Positions 49,926 through 60,062 of a stretch of 63,232 nucleotides of DNA are shown here, piece by piece. Both the position numbers and the translations under genes were made by a program. How positions within the stretch are numbered: position 1 is the first letter of the stretch; each line of letters starts with the position of its first letter. The notes beneath the pieces are model-generated. The model was not told the DNA's origin and ran no database searches. It saw nothing but the letters and a program-made list of their open reading frames with translations. The DNA is from Bacilli bacterium (GTDB lineage: Bacteria > Bacillota_I > Bacilli_A > RF39 > UBA660): assembly GCA_017515795.1 (NCBI GenBank), contig JAFWEE010000002.1, positions 1-63,232 of the forward strand. Reading direction: 5' to 3'.

Positions 49926-50377
49926 GAGTAGTTATTCAAAGAGTAGATAATGCATCTGTATTAGTTAATTCTAAATATACAAATAGTATTAATAAAGGGT
50001 ATATGATATTACTTGGTATATGTACAACTGATACTGAAGAAGATGTAGATTACTTAGTTAATAAAATAGAAAAACTAAGAGTATTTGAAGATGATAATAA
50101 TAAAATGAATCTTAGTATTAAAGATATTAATGGAGAAATATTATTAATAAGTCAATTTACTTTATATGCAAATACTAAAGAGGGCAATAGACCATCATTT
50201 ACGGATTCAATGAAATTTGATGATGCAAATAATATGTATGAATTATTTAAAGATAGTTTATTTAAAACAAATATACCGTTTAAAACTGGTGAATTTGGTG
50301 CAGATATGAAGGTTAGTCTTATAAATGATGGACCTGTTACTATCATAATAGATTCTAAAGATAGAAATGTAAAATAG
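49922..50377 (+). CDS. dtd: D-aminoacyl-tRNA deacylase
   Basis: MRVVIQRV, SQFTL, GEFGADM, NDGPVT. Confidence 0.97.
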   Translation: MRVVIQRVDNASVLVNSKYTNSINKGYMILLGICTTDTEEDVDYLVNKIEKLRVFEDDNNKMNLSIKDINGEILLISQFTLYANTKEGNRPSFTDSMKFDDANNMYELFKDSLFKTNIPFKTGEFGADMKVSLINDGPVTIIIDSKDRNVK

Positions 50378-50442
50378 TATATATTTTATAGACTTTTAAG
50401 GTAAAAATGATATAATTATATTACAAGAAGGGAATAAATATT

Positions 50443-50901
50443 ATGAATAAAAAAGAAACAATTACAGGTATTAGTAAACAATATGAACCAATATTAGTAT
50501 ATTTAATAAGTTTACTTGGTTTAATTTTTTCGTTTATGAAAGATGATGTAGATAAGGAAGCAAGATGGGTATACAATCAAGCAGGAGCTTTATTTATTGT
50601 TAATGCAGCTGTTGGTGTTGTATGTTCTACGTCTATTATTATTCCAATAGTTGGTATTTTAGTAGGTATAATTGGATGGATGGTTAGTGTAGCTTGTTTA
50701 GTATTTGCTATTATAGCAATTATTAAAGCATATAATGGTGAACACTATGAAATACCAGTTATTGCTAATATAGCTAAAGCTATATGGAAATATGAAGATA
50801 CACCTAAATCTAGTGCTAAAAAAGATACTAAAACTGTAAAAGAAGTAGAAGTTAAAGCAGAAAAGAAAACTGCAAAGAAAACTGCAAAGAAAGAAGATTA
50901 A
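50443..50901 (+). CDS. DUF4870-like membrane protein with Lys-rich tail
   Basis: IPIVGIL, IIAIIKAYNGE.YEIPVI. Confidence 0.65.
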   Translation: MNKKETITGISKQYEPILVYLISLLGLIFSFMKDDVDKEARWVYNQAGALFIVNAAVGVVCSTSIIIPIVGILVGIIGWMVSVACLVFAIIAIIKAYNGEHYEIPVIANIAKAIWKYEDTPKSSAKKDTKTVKEVEVKAEKKTAKKTAKKED

Positions 50902-50947
50902 TCTATCTTCTTTTTTTATGCTATGATATAATTAAAGTGGTGATAAT

Positions 50948-52030
50948 ATGAAAATTATAATAACTGCTGGAGGTACAGGAGGTCATATATATCCTGCACT
51001 TGCAATAATAGATAAAATAAAGAAAGAAGATAAGAATTCTGAATTTTTATATATTGGTACAACTAATAGAATGGAAAAAGATATTATTCCTGAAATAGGA
51101 ATACCTTTCTATGGAATAGAAGTATATGGTATAAAAAGACAAATTACTTTTAAAAATATTTTATTTAATATAAAAGCTATAATTAAATATTTAAAAGGTA
51201 ATAAATTTGTTAAAAAGAAAATAAAAGAATTTAATCCAGATATAGTTATTGGTGTAGGAGGATATGTAAGTGCTCCTGTTATTAAACAAGCTAAGAAATT
51301 AGGATATAAAACTCTAGTACATGAACAAAATAGTATACTAGGTTTATCTAATAAAATGAATTTAAAATATACTGATACTTTATGTACATCATTTAAAGAT
51401 ATGAAAGTAGATAAAGTACATTATGTATATACTGGTAATCCTACTTCTGATAATGCTAAAAACATTAAGAAAACAGAATTAAAAGAACTAGGTATTACTA
51501 ATAATAAAAAGACTGTATTAATAGTAATGGGATCTTTAGGTTCTCAAACAGTTAGTAATGTATTAAAGAACTCATTAAATAAATTTAGTGATGATTATAA
51601 TACTATTATAGTTACTGGGAAAGATTATTATGATTCTTATTTAGACATAGAAAAAGGTAATAATGTATATTTATTTCCATATATAAATGGACTTCCATCT
51701 ATTATGAAATCATGCGATTTAATGGTAACTAGAGCAGGTGCATCTACTATTTCTGAAATAGTATCTTTAAATACGCCAGCTATATTTATACCAAGCCCAT
51801 TTGTAACTGAAAATCATCAATATAAGAATGCTATGTCATTAGTTTCAGAAGGAGCAGCTTCTTTACTAGAAGAAAAAGATTTATCTCCAGATACTTTAGT
51901 TGGGTCAATTAATGAAATAATAAATGATGATAATAAAATTAAAGATATTAAAAAGAATTTATCTAAGTTTGAAATAGATGGTTCTCAAGATAGAATCTAT
52001 AAAGAGATTGTTAAATTAGTAAAGGAATAA
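50948..52030 (+). CDS. murG: Lipid II GlcNAc transferase MurG
   Basis: GGTGGHIYPA, GGYVS, HEQN, GSLG, RAGAST, HQYKNA. Confidence 0.97.
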   Translation: MKIIITAGGTGGHIYPALAIIDKIKKEDKNSEFLYIGTTNRMEKDIIPEIGIPFYGIEVYGIKRQITFKNILFNIKAIIKYLKGNKFVKKKIKEFNPDIVIGVGGYVSAPVIKQAKKLGYKTLVHEQNSILGLSNKMNLKYTDTLCTSFKDMKVDKVHYVYTGNPTSDNAKNIKKTELKELGITNNKKTVLIVMGSLGSQTVSNVLKNSLNKFSDDYNTIIVTGKDYYDSYLDIEKGNNVYLFPYINGLPSIMKSCDLMVTRAGASTISEIVSLNTPAIFIPSPFVTENHQYKNAMSLVSEGAASLLEEKDLSPDTLVGSINEIINDDNKIKDIKKNLSKFEIDGSQDRIYKEIVKLVKE

Positions 52031-52032
52031 TT

Positions 52033-52929
52033 ATGGATAAAATCATTTCTAAATTAGATAGTTCATATAAAATTTTAGATAATGAATCTCTTAGCAAATA
52101 TACTACATATAATGTAGGAGGTATTGCTAAATATATTATTTATCCTAGTAGTATTGATAAACTAGTAGAACTAGTTAAGATACTAAGAAATAATAATATT
52201 AAGTTTAAAGTAATTGGTAATGGTTCTAATTTAATATTTTCATCTAAAACATATGATGGAGTTATTATTAAACTAAATTACTTAAATAAAGTAATATATG
52301 AAGATAATATATTAACTGTAGAAGCAGGATATCCAGTTATTAAACTTGCTATAGAAACTGCAAATAAAGGTTTATCTGGATTAGAATTTGCATCTGGTAT
52401 TCCAGGAGTTATTTCTGGTCTTACATATATGAATGCTGGAGCATATAATAAAGATATGGCCTCTATAGTAGAAGAAGTAATAGTATTAGATGAAAATAAT
52501 AATATAGTTAAACTTTCTAATAAAGACATGAATTTTTCGTATAGATATAGTATTTTAAAAGATAAAAACTATATAGTTTTAACTGTAAAGATTAAGTTAG
52601 AATATGGTAATAAAGAAGAAATACTTGCTTTAATAGAGGATAGAAAGAAAAGAAGAATGGAATCTCAACCATTAAATTATCCATCAGCAGGATCAGTATT
52701 TAGAAATCCTGAAGGATTATCTTCTTGGAAATTAATAGATGATTTGAATTTAAAAGGTTATTCTATAGGAGGAGCTAAAGTATCAGAAAAACATGCTAAT
52801 TTTATTATAAATAGTGATAATGCTTCTCCAGAAGATATAAGAAATCTTATATTTTATATAAAAGAAAAAGTAAAAGAAAAATATGATATAGATTTAATTA
52901 TTGAACAAGAATTTGTTAATTGGGAGTAA
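52033..52929 (+). CDS. murB: UDP-N-acetylmuramate dehydrogenase
   Basis: IGNGSN, GLEFASGIPG, MNAGAY, PSAGSVFRNP, KHANFIIN. Confidence 0.97.
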   Translation: MDKIISKLDSSYKILDNESLSKYTTYNVGGIAKYIIYPSSIDKLVELVKILRNNNIKFKVIGNGSNLIFSSKTYDGVIIKLNYLNKVIYEDNILTVEAGYPVIKLAIETANKGLSGLEFASGIPGVISGLTYMNAGAYNKDMASIVEEVIVLDENNNIVKLSNKDMNFSYRYSILKDKNYIVLTVKIKLEYGNKEEILALIEDRKKRRMESQPLNYPSAGSVFRNPEGLSSWKLIDDLNLKGYSIGGAKVSEKHANFIINSDNASPEDIRNLIFYIKEKVKEKYDIDLIIEQEFVNWE

Positions 52930-52931
52930 TT

Positions 52932-53597
52932 ATGAAAAAGAAAAAGAAGAAAAGGAAATTAAAAAAAGTATTTATAGTTATCTTTTTCATTATGATTATT
53001 TCTTTAGCAGGATTCCTTTTATCCTTAGTTAAGACAAGAGGTTTCTATGTATTAGATAATAATTATGTAGATGAAGATACTGTATTAGATACTTGTGGTC
53101 TTGATGAAAATACATCATTCTTTTTTACATGGTCAATATTTATAAATAATAAATGTAATAATAACAGTATGATTAAAAAAGTTAAAGTAGATCATACTAA
53201 AACATTTGAAATAAAATTACATGTAGAAGAATATAAAGTTATATTTAAATATAATAATTATGCTATTAATGAGTTAGGTAAGAAAGTTAATCCTGTATAT
53301 GAAGATGCACCAGTACTTGTTAATAAAATAGATAATAATGAAGTATATGCTAATTTTATTAAGAAAATGAATAAAGTAGATAATCAAATATTATCTATAA
53401 TCTCTGAAATAAAATATGATCCAAATGAAGTAGATAATGAAAGATTTTTATTTTATATGAATGATGGTAATATGGTATATATTACTCTTAGTAAAATAAC
53501 TAAAATTAATTCTTATCCTTCAATTATTAAAACCATTGAAAATAAAAAAGGAGTTTTATATCTTGATTACGGGAATTATTTTGTTCCTAAAGAATAA
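52932..53597 (+). CDS. divIB: Cell division protein FtsQ/DivIB
   Basis: Basic N-terminus, TM, POTRA-like region, ISEIKY, MNDGN; lies between murB and ftsA. Confidence 0.8.
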   Translation: MKKKKKKRKLKKVFIVIFFIMIISLAGFLLSLVKTRGFYVLDNNYVDEDTVLDTCGLDENTSFFFTWSIFINNKCNNNSMIKKVKVDHTKTFEIKLHVEEYKVIFKYNNYAINELGKKVNPVYEDAPVLVNKIDNNEVYANFIKKMNKVDNQILSIISEIKYDPNEVDNERFLFYMNDGNMVYITLSKITKINSYPSIIKTIENKKGVLYLDYGNYFVPKE

Positions 53598-53657
53598 AAT
53601 TCTTTTTTTTTAGTCTAAATAATGGTATAATATTATTAATAATAGAGAGGTATCTAT

Positions 53658-54899
53658 ATGAGAAAAATATATACTGCAATTGATATTGGTTCTGATACAA
53701 TTAAAGTTATAGTACTTGAAAAATTAGATAATAAATTAAATGTACTAGCATCTAATATATATCCGTCTTTAGGAGTTAAAAATGGTGTTGTAATAGATGA
53801 AGATTTAGTATTAGCTACAATAAAAGAATCTCTAAAGAAGATTAATAGTACATTAAATATTAATATAAATAAAGCATTAATTAATGTTCCTATGGATGAT
53901 GCTAATTATAGAATAGTAGATGGTTATACTACTATTACAGGTGAAGACTCTATAGTAACTAGAGATGATATATTAAATACACTTCAAGCATCTATTTATA
54001 ATAAAATACCAGAAGATGAAGAATTAGTTACTGTAATGCCTATAAAGTATGTTTTAGATGATAGAACTGAAGTTAAAAATCCTAGAGGATTAAAAGCAAG
54101 TAAATTAAGTGCTCTTGTTATGATGGTAACTGCTCCAAAAGCAAGTTTATATAAGCATTTGGCTTTATTTGATAAAGTAGGTATAGAAGTAGTAGATATT
54201 TTATTTGGTAATATTGGAGATTATCATGCATATAAAGAGGATGAATTTGATAAAGGTGTAACAGCTGTTATAGATATTGGTTTAAATAAGACTGATATTT
54301 CTATATTTAATAAAGGAATAATATCGGCTTCTAAAGTATTAAAAATCGGATCATTTAATATAGATGAAGATTTATCATATGTATATAATATTCCATTAGA
54401 TAAAGCTAGAAAACTAAAAGAAATGTTTATTAATCTAGATAAATCTAAAGCCTCTAAAGATGAGTTTTATGATATAAAAGATAAATCTAATATAAAAGTT
54501 AGTATAAATCAAAAAGAAGCTAGTGAAATAGTTTATAATAATTTATTAGAAATAATAAAAAAAGCAAAAAAAGAGCTAAATAACTTAACAAAAAAAGAAA
54601 TTCATTATATAATTATAACAGGTGGAATAAGCAATATTCCTGGTTTTGATAAGTTATGTATAGAAGTATATAATGATATAGTACCTACTAAAATGAATAA
54701 AATAGGTATTAGAGATAATACATATTCTTCTGCATATGGTACTATTAAGTATTTCATTAATAAATTAGAACTAAGAGGTAGAGAATATTCTATGTTTAAT
54801 GAGGATGAAATAAGTAAAATGGTTAGCAATGCGATTAAAAATGAAGATACAAAAATTTTTGGTAGATTCTTTAGTCGCTTATTTGATAAGGAGGATTAA
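53658..54899 (+). CDS. ftsA: Cell division protein FtsA
   Basis: [19 protein letters not shown]-terminal amphipathic FGRFFSRLF; precedes ftsZ. Confidence 0.88.
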   Translation: MRKIYTAIDIGSDTIKVIVLEKLDNKLNVLASNIYPSLGVKNGVVIDEDLVLATIKESLKKINSTLNININKALINVPMDDANYRIVDGYTTITGEDSIVTRDDILNTLQASIYNKIPEDEELVTVMPIKYVLDDRTEVKNPRGLKASKLSALVMMVTAPKASLYKHLALFDKVGIEVVDILFGNIGDYHAYKEDEFDKGVTAVIDIGLNKTDISIFNKGIISASKVLKIGSFNIDEDLSYVYNIPLDKARKLKEMFINLDKSKASKDEFYDIKDKSNIKVSINQKEASEIVYNNLLEIIKKAKKELNNLTKKEIHYIIITGGISNIPGFDKLCIEVYNDIVPTKMNKIGIRDNTYSSAYGTIKYFINKLELRGREYSMFNEDEISKMVSNAIKNEDTKIFGRFFSRLFDKED

Positions 54900-54901
54900 T
54901 A

Positions 54902-55963
54902 ATGGCATTAGAAATTGATCAATTAGCAAAAATTAAAGTTATTGGTGTTGGTGGCGGTGGTAATAACGCTGTTAATAGAATGATTGAATCTGGTATTAAA
55001 GGTGTTGAATTTATTGTTGCTAATACTGATTCTCAAGCACTTAGAAATTCAAAAGCAGATATAAAAGTTCAACTTGGTAAGTCTGGACTTGGAGCAGGAG
55101 CTAATCCTGAAGTAGGAAGACAAGCTGCTGAAGAAAGTAAAGATGATATAAAAGAAATTCTTAAAGGTGCTGACATGGTATTTGTTACATGTGGTATGGG
55201 AGGAGGAACTGGTACAGGAGCTGCTCCTATAGTTGCTGAGATAGCACAAAGTCTTGGTGCTTTAACAGTAGGTATTGTTACTAAACCATTTTCATGGGAA
55301 GGTAATAAAAGACTTTTAAATGCAGATGAAGGATTAGAAAAATTAAAAGAACATGTTGATACTTTAATTATTGTTCCAAATGATAGATTAAAAGATATTA
55401 TAGATAAGAATACTCCAATGATTGCAGCGTTTAAAGAAGTAGATAATGTACTTAGATTAGGTGTTCAATCAATATCTGATTTAATTGCAGTTAATGGATT
55501 AGTTAACCTAGACTTTGCAGACGTTAAAGCTGTAATGGAAAATAAAGGCGATGCATTAATTGGTATAGGTGTTGCTACAGGTGAAAATAGAGCTATAGAA
55601 GCTGCTAGACAATCTGTTAGTTCACCACTTCTAGAAACAGATATTAGAGGTGCTACAGATGCTATTGTTAATATTACAGGATCTAATAACTTATCTTTAA
55701 CAGAAGTTCAAGAAGCAGTAGAAGTTATAAGACAATCTGCTCAAACAGATATAAATATTATATTTGGTGCTGTTATTAATGAATCTCTTGGAGATGATGT
55801 AATAGTTACAGTAGTAGCTACTGGATTTGATAAAGTAGGGGATGCATACTTAGATACATTCCATGAACAAGTAATAGAAATGAATAATCCTGTTGCATCA
55901 GATGAAGACGATGATGACGGATGGGATATCCCAGATTTCATTAGAAATAGGAAAAATATTTAA
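54902..55963 (+). CDS. ftsZ: Cell division protein FtsZ
   Basis: [25 protein letters not shown]-terminal DIPDFIR. Confidence 0.99.
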   Translation: MALEIDQLAKIKVIGVGGGGNNAVNRMIESGIKGVEFIVANTDSQALRNSKADIKVQLGKSGLGAGANPEVGRQAAEESKDDIKEILKGADMVFVTCGMGGGTGTGAAPIVAEIAQSLGALTVGIVTKPFSWEGNKRLLNADEGLEKLKEHVDTLIIVPNDRLKDIIDKNTPMIAAFKEVDNVLRLGVQSISDLIAVNGLVNLDFADVKAVMENKGDALIGIGVATGENRAIEAARQSVSSPLLETDIRGATDAIVNITGSNNLSLTEVQEAVEVIRQSAQTDINIIFGAVINESLGDDVIVTVVATGFDKVGDAYLDTFHEQVIEMNNPVASDEDDDDGWDIPDFIRNRKNI

Positions 55964-55966
55964 ATG

Positions 55967-55996
55967 TAAAAAAGAAGTGTAAACTTCTTTTTTTTT
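55967..55996 (+). terminator. Terminator after ftsZ
   Basis: AAAAAGAAGT-gtaa-ACTTCTTTTT plus T-tract. Confidence 0.75.
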
Positions 55997-56007
55997 GTCT
56001 AAAAATA

Positions 56008-56074
56008 TAGACTTTTTTAATATATAATTATATAATTGAATTAACCAGTGGGAGAAAGTGGTTGAATGTGGGGG
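56008..56074 (+). promoter_or_regulatory. mraZ promoter with three MraZ-binding repeats
   Basis: TAGACT-17-TATAAT (56008-56036); GTGG at 56048, 56058 and 56068 (10-nt period). Confidence 0.85.
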
Positions 56075-56080
56075 ATGTCT

Positions 56081-56509
56081 ATGTTAATGGGAGAATATCA
56101 TCACAATTTAGACGATAAGAATAGACTTATAATTCCATCTAAGTTTAGATATGAACTTGGTTCTAAGTTTATTATCACTAGAGGACTTGAAAAATGTCTA
56201 TTTGCTTATTCTGTTGATGAATGGAACAAGATTATAGAAAAACTTAATTCACTTCCATTTACTAGTAAAGATGCTCGTACATTCATGAGGATGTTCTTAT
56301 CAGGGGCCACTGAGTGTGAACTTGATAATAATGGAAGGATTTGTATCACAGGACCTTTAATGAATTATGCTTCTTTAAATAAAGAATGTGTAATTATAGG
56401 TGTTGGTGAAAGAATCGAAATTTGGGATCAAGATATGTTTAATAACTTCTTTAATGAAAACATTGATAATTTCAGTGATGTAGCGGAGAATCTATTTAAT
56501 GCATATTAG
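56081..56509 (+). CDS. mraZ: Transcriptional regulator MraZ
   Basis: [32 protein letters not shown]; ATG 56081 after GGGGG. Confidence 0.96.
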   Translation: MLMGEYHHNLDDKNRLIIPSKFRYELGSKFIITRGLEKCLFAYSVDEWNKIIEKLNSLPFTSKDARTFMRMFLSGATECELDNNGRICITGPLMNYASLNKECVIIGVGERIEIWDQDMFNNFFNENIDNFSDVAENLFNAY

Positions 56510-57413
56510 TGTATTACTTAACGAATGTATAGAGAATCTAAATATTAAAGAAGATGGAATATATGTTGATGCTACTTTAGGATACGCTGGTCATAGTTCA
56601 CAAATTTTAAAACGAATAGCAAGGGGTTGCTTATTCGCCTTTGATCAAGATGGGGAAGCTATCGAATATAGTACAAAGATTCTTGATCAAATTAATGATA
56701 ATTACGAGATTATAAATAATAATTTTGTAAATATAAAAGAAGAACTAGAAAAAAGAAATATTAAGGGTGTTGATGGGATCTTATTTGATTTAGGAGTTTC
56801 ATCACCTCAATTAGATGAAGCAGAAAGAGGATTTAGTTTTCATAATGATGCTAAACTTGATATGAGAATGAATCAAAAACAAGAATTATCTGCTTATGAA
56901 GTAGTTAATACTTATCCAAAAGAAAAACTCATAAAGATATTTTATGAGTATGGAGAAGAAAAGTTCTCTAAATCTATAGCAGAAGCAATATGTAAATATA
57001 GAGAAACTAAACCTATAGAAACTACTTTAGAGTTAACAGAGATAATTAAAAACTCAGTACCAGAAAAGTATAGAAGACTTCATCATCCTGCTAGAAAAGT
57101 ATTTCAAGCAATAAGAATTGAAGTTAATAATGAATTAAATGTTTTAGAAAAAGCATTACATGATTCATTAGAATTACTTAATCCTGGTGGAAGAATATGT
57201 GTTATAACATTCCATTCATTAGAAGATAGAATAGTTAAAAACATATTTAAAGAAGCTACTAAAGAAAATGAACTTTATAAAGGAATGCCTAATATTCCTG
57301 ATGAATATAAAACAAAATATAAATTAATAGGTAAATATAAACCTACAAAAGAAGAACTTGAAAATAACAATAGATCTAGAAGTGCAATTCTAAGAGTTAT
57401 TGAAAGAATATAA
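56499..57413 (+). CDS. rsmH: 16S rRNA m4C1402 methyltransferase
   Basis: [43 protein letters not shown]. Confidence 0.97.
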   Translation: MHISVLLNECIENLNIKEDGIYVDATLGYAGHSSQILKRIARGCLFAFDQDGEAIEYSTKILDQINDNYEIINNNFVNIKEELEKRNIKGVDGILFDLGVSSPQLDEAERGFSFHNDAKLDMRMNQKQELSAYEVVNTYPKEKLIKIFYEYGEEKFSKSIAEAICKYRETKPIETTLELTEIIKNSVPEKYRRLHHPARKVFQAIRIEVNNELNVLEKALHDSLELLNPGGRICVITFHSLEDRIVKNIFKEATKENELYKGMPNIPDEYKTKYKLIGKYKPTKEELENNNRSRSAILRVIERI

Positions 57414-57424
57414 AGGAGAGAATT

Positions 57425-57718
57425 ATGGGAAAGAAAGTTAGAAGTAAAAAGAAAAACATTGAAAGAAATTTTATTAATTTTGGCGCAGTAATATTACTTT
57501 GTTTATGGGCAGTATCTTTCTTTGCCAAAATTAGTTTATCTTCATTAAACATAGAAGTTGAAAAGATTAAATCATCAGTTAAAAATCAATCTGAAACTAA
57601 TCAAGCATTATCTATGAAAATTAATGAACTTGCATCCTTAGAAAATGTAAACGAGGTTGCAAATGGAAGCGGATTGGCTTATAATAATGGTAACATTAGA
57701 ATAGTTAATAATAGATAG
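57425..57718 (+). CDS. ftsL: Cell division protein FtsL
   Basis: Bitopic protein with coiled coil; lies between rsmH and pbp. Confidence 0.75.
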   Translation: MGKKVRSKKKNIERNFINFGAVILLCLWAVSFFAKISLSSLNIEVEKIKSSVKNQSETNQALSMKINELASLENVNEVANGSGLAYNNGNIRIVNNR

Positions 57719-57729
57719 GAGAATATCAA

Positions 57730-59832
57730 ATGAAACAAAAAGTTCAAAATAAAATACATGTTAATAAATTTGTTATTTTATTTGGACTTTTTTTATTTGC
57801 AATAATAATAGCTAGATTAGTATATTTAAATTTATCTCCTAAAATAGATGGTATTAATCTATCTAAATTTGCCAAGAATAGAAATACTGTTAAAAGAACT
57901 TTAAATGCAAATAGAGGTACTATATATGATTCTAATGAAGAAGTCTTAGCAGAAACAGTAGATTCATATACAGTAGTAGCATTCTTAGATAAATCAAGAA
58001 GTAAAAATAGCACTAAACCAAAACATGTAGTAGATGTAGAAGAAACTGCCAAAGCATTATCTCCACTTATTAATATGAGTGAAGAAAGACTTATTGAACT
58101 TATGAGTCAAAAAGGATTATATCAAGTAGAATTAGGCCCTGGAGGTAAAGGATTAACTGAACTTCAAAAAGAAGAAATAGAAAAACTAGAATTACCTGGT
58201 ATAGGATTTATTCCTACGCAAAAGAGATATTATCCTAATCTAGATTTTGCATCATATGTAATAGGTTATGTAAGAGAATATGATGATGGTAAAACAGTTG
58301 GAGAAATGGGTATAGAAGCTAAATTCAATAGTGAACTTACTGGTGTTAATGGATCTGTTACATATCAGCAAGATGCTAATGGATATAAACTTATTAATTC
58401 TCCAGAAATTAGAATAGAAAAAGAAGATGGATATGATATATATTTAACAATAGATTCTAATGTACAATTAATGACAGAAAGAGCATTAAATGATGCATTT
58501 AGTAGATCAGGTGCATCTAAAGCTATATTTATAGTAGCAGAAGCTAAAACAGGTAAGATTATTGCTTCTGCAACTAAACCTAGTTTTGATCCAAATGTAA
58601 AGAATATTACTAACTATCTAGATCCATTAGTATCTTATTCATATGAACCTGGATCTACTATGAAAACATTTACATATATGGCTACTATTGAAAAAGGTAA
58701 CTATAATGGACAAGATACTTATCATTCCGGTACTATGAAAATAGATGAGTATACTATTAAAGACTGGAATACTTATGGATGGGGAGATATTTCATATGAC
58801 TATGGATATGCTCAAAGTTCTAACTTAGGAGTAGCTAATTTAACTCAAAAGTATTTAACTGGTCAGGAATTAAAAGATTATTTAAAGAAACTAGGATTTG
58901 GTTCTAAAACAGGTATAGAACTTCCAGGTGAAGTTTCTGGTAAAGTAGATTTTACATATAAAATAGAGGTTGCTACAGCATCTTTTGGACAAGGAATAAC
59001 TATTACACCAGTTCAAATGATTAAAGCTTTAACAGCTATCTCAAATGATGGTTATGTTTTAAATCCAACAATAGTAGAAAAAATAGTATCTCCTGATACT
59101 GGAGAAATAATATATCAAAATAAACCTCAAAAGGGTACTAAAGTTGCATCACAAGAGACAGTTAATAAGATTAAATCTTTAATGAATGATGTAGTTACTA
59201 TAGGAACAGGTACTAGTTATAATATGGATGGCTATGATATTATAGGTAAAACTGGTACAGCAGAGGTATATAACGCAAATACTGGTAGATATTATAAAAC
59301 TACATATAGAAATATAAGATCTTTTGCGGGTATGTATCCTAAAGATAATCCTAAATATGTAATGTATATAGCATTTGAAAATGCTGCATCATCTTCTCAA
59401 ATGGCAGATGCTGTTAAATCATTAATTCAAGATATAGAAGCTTATTATAATCTAACTAATGTTAGGGCTACTACTAACTATGCATATAAAGTAGGTAATT
59501 ATTCTAATAAGAAAGTAGTAGATGTAAAAACAGAATTAGATAATAATGGTATATCATATGAGTTAATAGGAGATGGAGATATTATAATAGATCAATATCC
59601 TACTAAAGATAATTATGTAGATGGTAAGATTTTATTAAAGACTAATGGTAATATAGGAGACACTGATTTAAGAGGATTCTCTTCTAAGTCTTTAAGAAAT
59701 TATTGTAGACTTATAAATGCAGAATGTAATTTAAATGGTTCTGGTTATGTAACAGATCATAATTTTGAAAAAGATGGAACTGGTAAAATAATAAAAGTTA
59801 ATGCAGAATTATATTTACCAAGTGCAGAATAA
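57730..59832 (+). CDS. Class B penicillin-binding protein (PBP2x/PBP2B-like) with PASTA domain(s)
   Basis: RGTIYD, RYYP, EPGSTMK, SSN, KTGTA. Confidence 0.93.
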   Translation: MKQKVQNKIHVNKFVILFGLFLFAIIIARLVYLNLSPKIDGINLSKFAKNRNTVKRTLNANRGTIYDSNEEVLAETVDSYTVVAFLDKSRSKNSTKPKHVVDVEETAKALSPLINMSEERLIELMSQKGLYQVELGPGGKGLTELQKEEIEKLELPGIGFIPTQKRYYPNLDFASYVIGYVREYDDGKTVGEMGIEAKFNSELTGVNGSVTYQQDANGYKLINSPEIRIEKEDGYDIYLTIDSNVQLMTERALNDAFSRSGASKAIFIVAEAKTGKIIASATKPSFDPNVKNITNYLDPLVSYSYEPGSTMKTFTYMATIEKGNYNGQDTYHSGTMKIDEYTIKDWNTYGWGDISYDYGYAQSSNLGVANLTQKYLTGQELKDYLKKLGFGSKTGIELPGEVSGKVDFTYKIEVATASFGQGITITPVQMIKALTAISNDGYVLNPTIVEKIVSPDTGEIIYQNKPQKGTKVASQETVNKIKSLMNDVVTIGTGTSYNMDGYDIIGKTGTAEVYNANTGRYYKTTYRNIRSFAGMYPKDNPKYVMYIAFENAASSSQMADAVKSLIQDIEAYYNLTNVRATTNYAYKVGNYSNKKVVDVKTELDNNGISYELIGDGDIIIDQYPTKDNYVDGKILLKTNGNIGDTDLRGFSSKSLRNYCRLINAECNLNGSGYVTDHNFEKDGTGKIIKVNAELYLPSAE

Positions 59833-59833
59833 T

Positions 59834-59868
59834 AAAAAAACAGATGATTAAATCATCTGTTTTATTTT
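59834..59868. terminator. Bidirectional intrinsic terminator
   Basis: A7-CAGATGAT-taa-ATCATCTG-TTTTATTTT. Confidence 0.8.
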
Positions 59869-59972
59869 ACAATTCGAAGGCGCCCCCCTGAAGTTGCGCC
59901 TTCTTAAAAAAGAATAAAAAGGGGTTGGCTAGTGTGATACTAGCAGCCAATTCGCCATTCGGGAATTGGTAT
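59835..59972 (-). ncRNA. Candidate structured small RNA of unknown family
   Basis: GC-rich island with three hairpins, bounded by a - strand TTGACA(60006-60001)-17-TAATAT(59983-59978) promoter and a terminator with T7 on the - strand. Confidence 0.55.
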
Positions 59973-60062
59973 CAATTATATTAATGATTTTAGGTACTTT
60001 TGTCAACCTAAAATGTAAAAAAAGTTTAAAAAATATGATATAATTTATTTAGGTGATAACAT

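Noticed and set aside
59876-59924. preQ1-like pseudoknot with A-rich linker on the + strand (queA/tgt are in the window)
   Set aside because: The loop lacks the preQ1-I consensus, it follows a terminator with no + strand promoter, and the downstream gene is recG with its own promoter
59930-59959. Nine-codon - strand ORF (MANWLLVSH) within the candidate sRNA
   Set aside because: No Shine-Dalgarno, and the start is enclosed in a hairpin close to the predicted 5' end
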